In this document: positions 26,925 to 28,847 of the stretch, in pieces
Numbering within the stretch: position 1 is the stretch's first letter
Layout of the letters: each line of letters begins with the position of its first letter
Assembly: GCA_028686565.1 (NCBI GenBank)
Contig: JAQUBU010000001.1
Coordinates: 1 to 28,847 of the forward strand
DNA from: Syntrophomonadaceae bacterium
GTDB taxonomy: Bacteria; Bacillota; Syntrophomonadia; Syntrophomonadales; Syntrophomonadaceae
Reading direction: 5' to 3'
Length of the DNA stretch: 28,847 nucleotides
Notes under the pieces: generated by a model
What the model was told of the DNA's origin: nothing
Databases searched by the model: none
Seen by the model: the letters and a program-made list of their open reading frames with translations, nothing else
Made by a program: the position numbers and the translations under genes

Positions 26925-28847
26925 CAGATTTTGAACTTTTCTCAGGTGCAGTGAATTCTGATATATCTTTTCGATTTCTTCATCGGTAATTTCCCGGCTG
27001 TCCATCATCAAGCCCGCAAGCCCAAATCCGTGCTTAAGTCCAAGCATACGCATGTATTCCAAAGTCTCCAGCGATAACTTGCTGCCAATGCTATAATCCT
27101 GATAATCACCTTCCAGTGCTAATAAAACCGTCTCGGACAGGCAAGCCAGGTTTACTCCATCGCGATAACCAAGGTTGGGACCAAATGCTATTGCTTCAGG
27201 ATATTGCACCAGCCCCCCTTCAAGAATCAGGACATCATCCCGTTGATTAAAAACTTCAGGTGCTACATCAGCAGGTCTGGCAACATCACATACTACTGCT
27301 CCAGGACGCAAATGCTGAGGATAAATTATATATTCAGGAGAACTGCTGGCTGCAACTATCATATCGCATTTCAACAAAGTTCCGGGAATATCAAGACTGG
27401 TTTTTAACGGGCATTCAATATTCAGACAAATACTGATTTCTTCCAAATCCTCCAGGCTTATTCCCTGTCCGTCAAGCAGCTTGTGGTTAAGATTTTCAGA
27501 TAACAAGAGGTTGTTTTTTTCTGTGTCTTCCAATAGCTTATCCAGCCAGGAAGCCAGACCAGTGCATTTCCCAGCAGCTCTTCGCCGGAAAGCCAAAGCA
27601 ATTATTTCACCTGCCAGACTGCTTAAACGTCTCCTGCTGCTATTAATATGGTCAGGATTGCCTAAAAGAGTTATCCTGCTAAGTTCTTCCGAAAGCAATA
27701 AAGCACAGGCACGGCCAATCGAACCTGTAGCACCAACTACAGCCCCCCATGCATTTTTCTTGCTAATGTGCATTTTTTCTGCTCCTGAAAACAATGCTTC
27801 CATTGCCATCAGGGTAGTAAAGCTGTTGCCGCTGGTAATAGCTACATTGCGGCCTAAAACCGCTCTTCCTCCCCGGGTTACTACGGAAGTAAGCGCTCCC
27901 AACCCTATAATATCTGCACCTAATTCACGTCCGGTGTCAACTGCTTTCTTAATTACCTCAATAGTCTCTTCGCGGGGCAGTTTCATAAGTTCTCGTGCAC
28001 CATATGGTATACCTACGAACCAGCCTTCTGCTTTATCGCCATTTAATGATTTTATGGCTGGCATATGACAACAGATACCAGGCTCGTCCAATGAACTCTG
28101 CCAGTCCATAAACTGATATATTTCGTTACGACTGAATTTCGCAAATGATGGATTATTGGCAACCACATCTTCCGGAGCAGGATAATGAATAACAAAAGCA
28201 AATTTGCCGGTTTTGCCAGATGTTGGTCGCACAGGAAAGAATTTAACCCGGCGGGTCAAATGGCGATAGTCCTCGATCATAACTGGTTTGGAATAATCAT
28301 CGATTAAATATCGGTATAATTTAGCATAGTCTTGTTTAGTCATTATTTTGCATATCATATCTAGTGCCTGCATTACCCTGTCAATTTCTTCATAAGTAAT
28401 GGTCAAAGTTGGTTCCAGACGTAATGTCATAGAATTATTCAGATAAGGGGCTACCCGAATATGATAAACATTTAACAAAAAACCGGCCAAAAGAGTGGTG
28501 AATCCGCCCTGATCAGCTAAATAAGCCATATCAAAGGAACCACAATCATTTAACTCCTTAAACTCCATGCCCGCCATTAAACCAAGACCCCTTACTTCTT
28601 TGACTACTTCCGGGTAGGCTTGGGCTAGCAGCGTCATTTTGCGGAGTAAATAATCGCCTTTGTTTTTCACTTCGCTGACAAGCTGCCGATCATCCTGAAG
28701 AAGCCTATGCAAAACGGCACTGCCAACCGCACAAGTTACATTGTTGTTGGCAAAGGTAGAACTATGCAGCATACCGAATTCATCATTCCAAGCCTTTTGC
28801 GTACTCATACAAACTCCCAGAGGAAACATTCCTCCCCCTAATGCCTT
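26922..28847 (-). CDS. Class III aminotransferase fused to an acyl-ACP reductase-like domain (TamH-like), 5' part outside the window
   Basis: The frame is open to the window edge and reads KALGGGMFPLG (PLP lysine at 28845-28847), HSSTFANN, EVRGLGLMAG, LRLEP. It continues with FAFVIH, GLGALTS, TSGNSFT, VVGATGSIG, DVARP, EGG, LACLSE, as in acyl-ACP reductases. Confidence 0.85.
   Translation of the reverse strand, partial: KALGGGMFPLGVCMSTQKAWNDEFGMLHSSTFANNNVTCAVGSAVLHRLLQDDRQLVSEVKNKGDYLLRKMTLLAQAYPEVVKEVRGLGLMAGMEFKELNDCGSFDMAYLADQGGFTTLLAGFLLNVYHIRVAPYLNNSMTLRLEPTLTITYEEIDRVMQALDMICKIMTKQDYAKLYRYLIDDYSKPVMIEDYRHLTRRVKFFPVRPTSGKTGKFAFVIHYPAPEDVVANNPSFAKFSRNEIYQFMDWQSSLDEPGICCHMPAIKSLNGDKAEGWFVGIPYGARELMKLPREETIEVIKKAVDTGRELGADIIGLGALTSVVTRGGRAVLGRNVAITSGNSFTTLMAMEALFSGAEKMHISKKNAWGAVVGATGSIGRACALLLSEELSRITLLGNPDHINSSRRRLSSLAGEIIALAFRRRAAGKCTGLASWLDKLLEDTEKNNLLLSENLNHKLLDGQGISLEDLEEISICLNIECPLKTSLDIPGTLLKCDMIVAASSSPEYIIYPQHLRPGAVVCDVARPADVAPEVFNQRDDVLILEGGLVQYPEAIAFGPNLGYRDGVNLACLSETVLLALEGDYQDYSIGSKLSLETLEYMRMLGLKHGFGLAGLMMDSREITDEEIEKIYQNSLHLRKVQNL

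Noticed and set aside
2121-28068. Numerous 60-195 aa ORFs antisense to or overlapping called genes (e.g. 13421-13915, 18212-18679, 27481-28068)
   Set aside because: They are shadows of well-supported CDSs and show no recognisable motifs.

Overview
Chromosomal window, inferred from gene content to come from a spore-forming anaerobic Clostridia-class Firmicute (Syntrophomonadaceae/Peptococcaceae-like). The left end (239-5049) is an accessory, defence-like block: an AT-rich SIR2-domain gene and a PLD-nuclease/SF2-helicase/DUF3427 (type IV restriction-like) gene, divergent from rarA. The middle is mostly housekeeping or sporulation-linked and on the minus strand: trxA with a csoR-family repressor (consensus promoter plus operator), a VanW/G5 protein, a PRC-barrel protein, a very acidic membrane protein with an internal 289-bp duplication, and gerMN-murI-[2-hydroxyacyl-CoA dehydratase, activase, class I fumarase-like alpha/beta]-rph-rdgB-ysnB. 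A ChlI-like AAA+/VWA pair, an orphan LytTR regulator and a radical SAM gene follow. The right end holds a repeat-dense interval around a DUF1285-like gene and the 3' part of a class III aminotransferase fused to an acyl-ACP-reductase-like domain (TamH-like), cut by the window edge. The most unusual signals are the SIR2 plus type IV-like pair, the transaminase-reductase fusion, a 3x48-bp in-frame insertion in the activase, and several palindromic or tandem repeat families. No rRNA, tRNA, CRISPR array, transposase or integrase was found. All family assignments come from motif recognition, not database searches.
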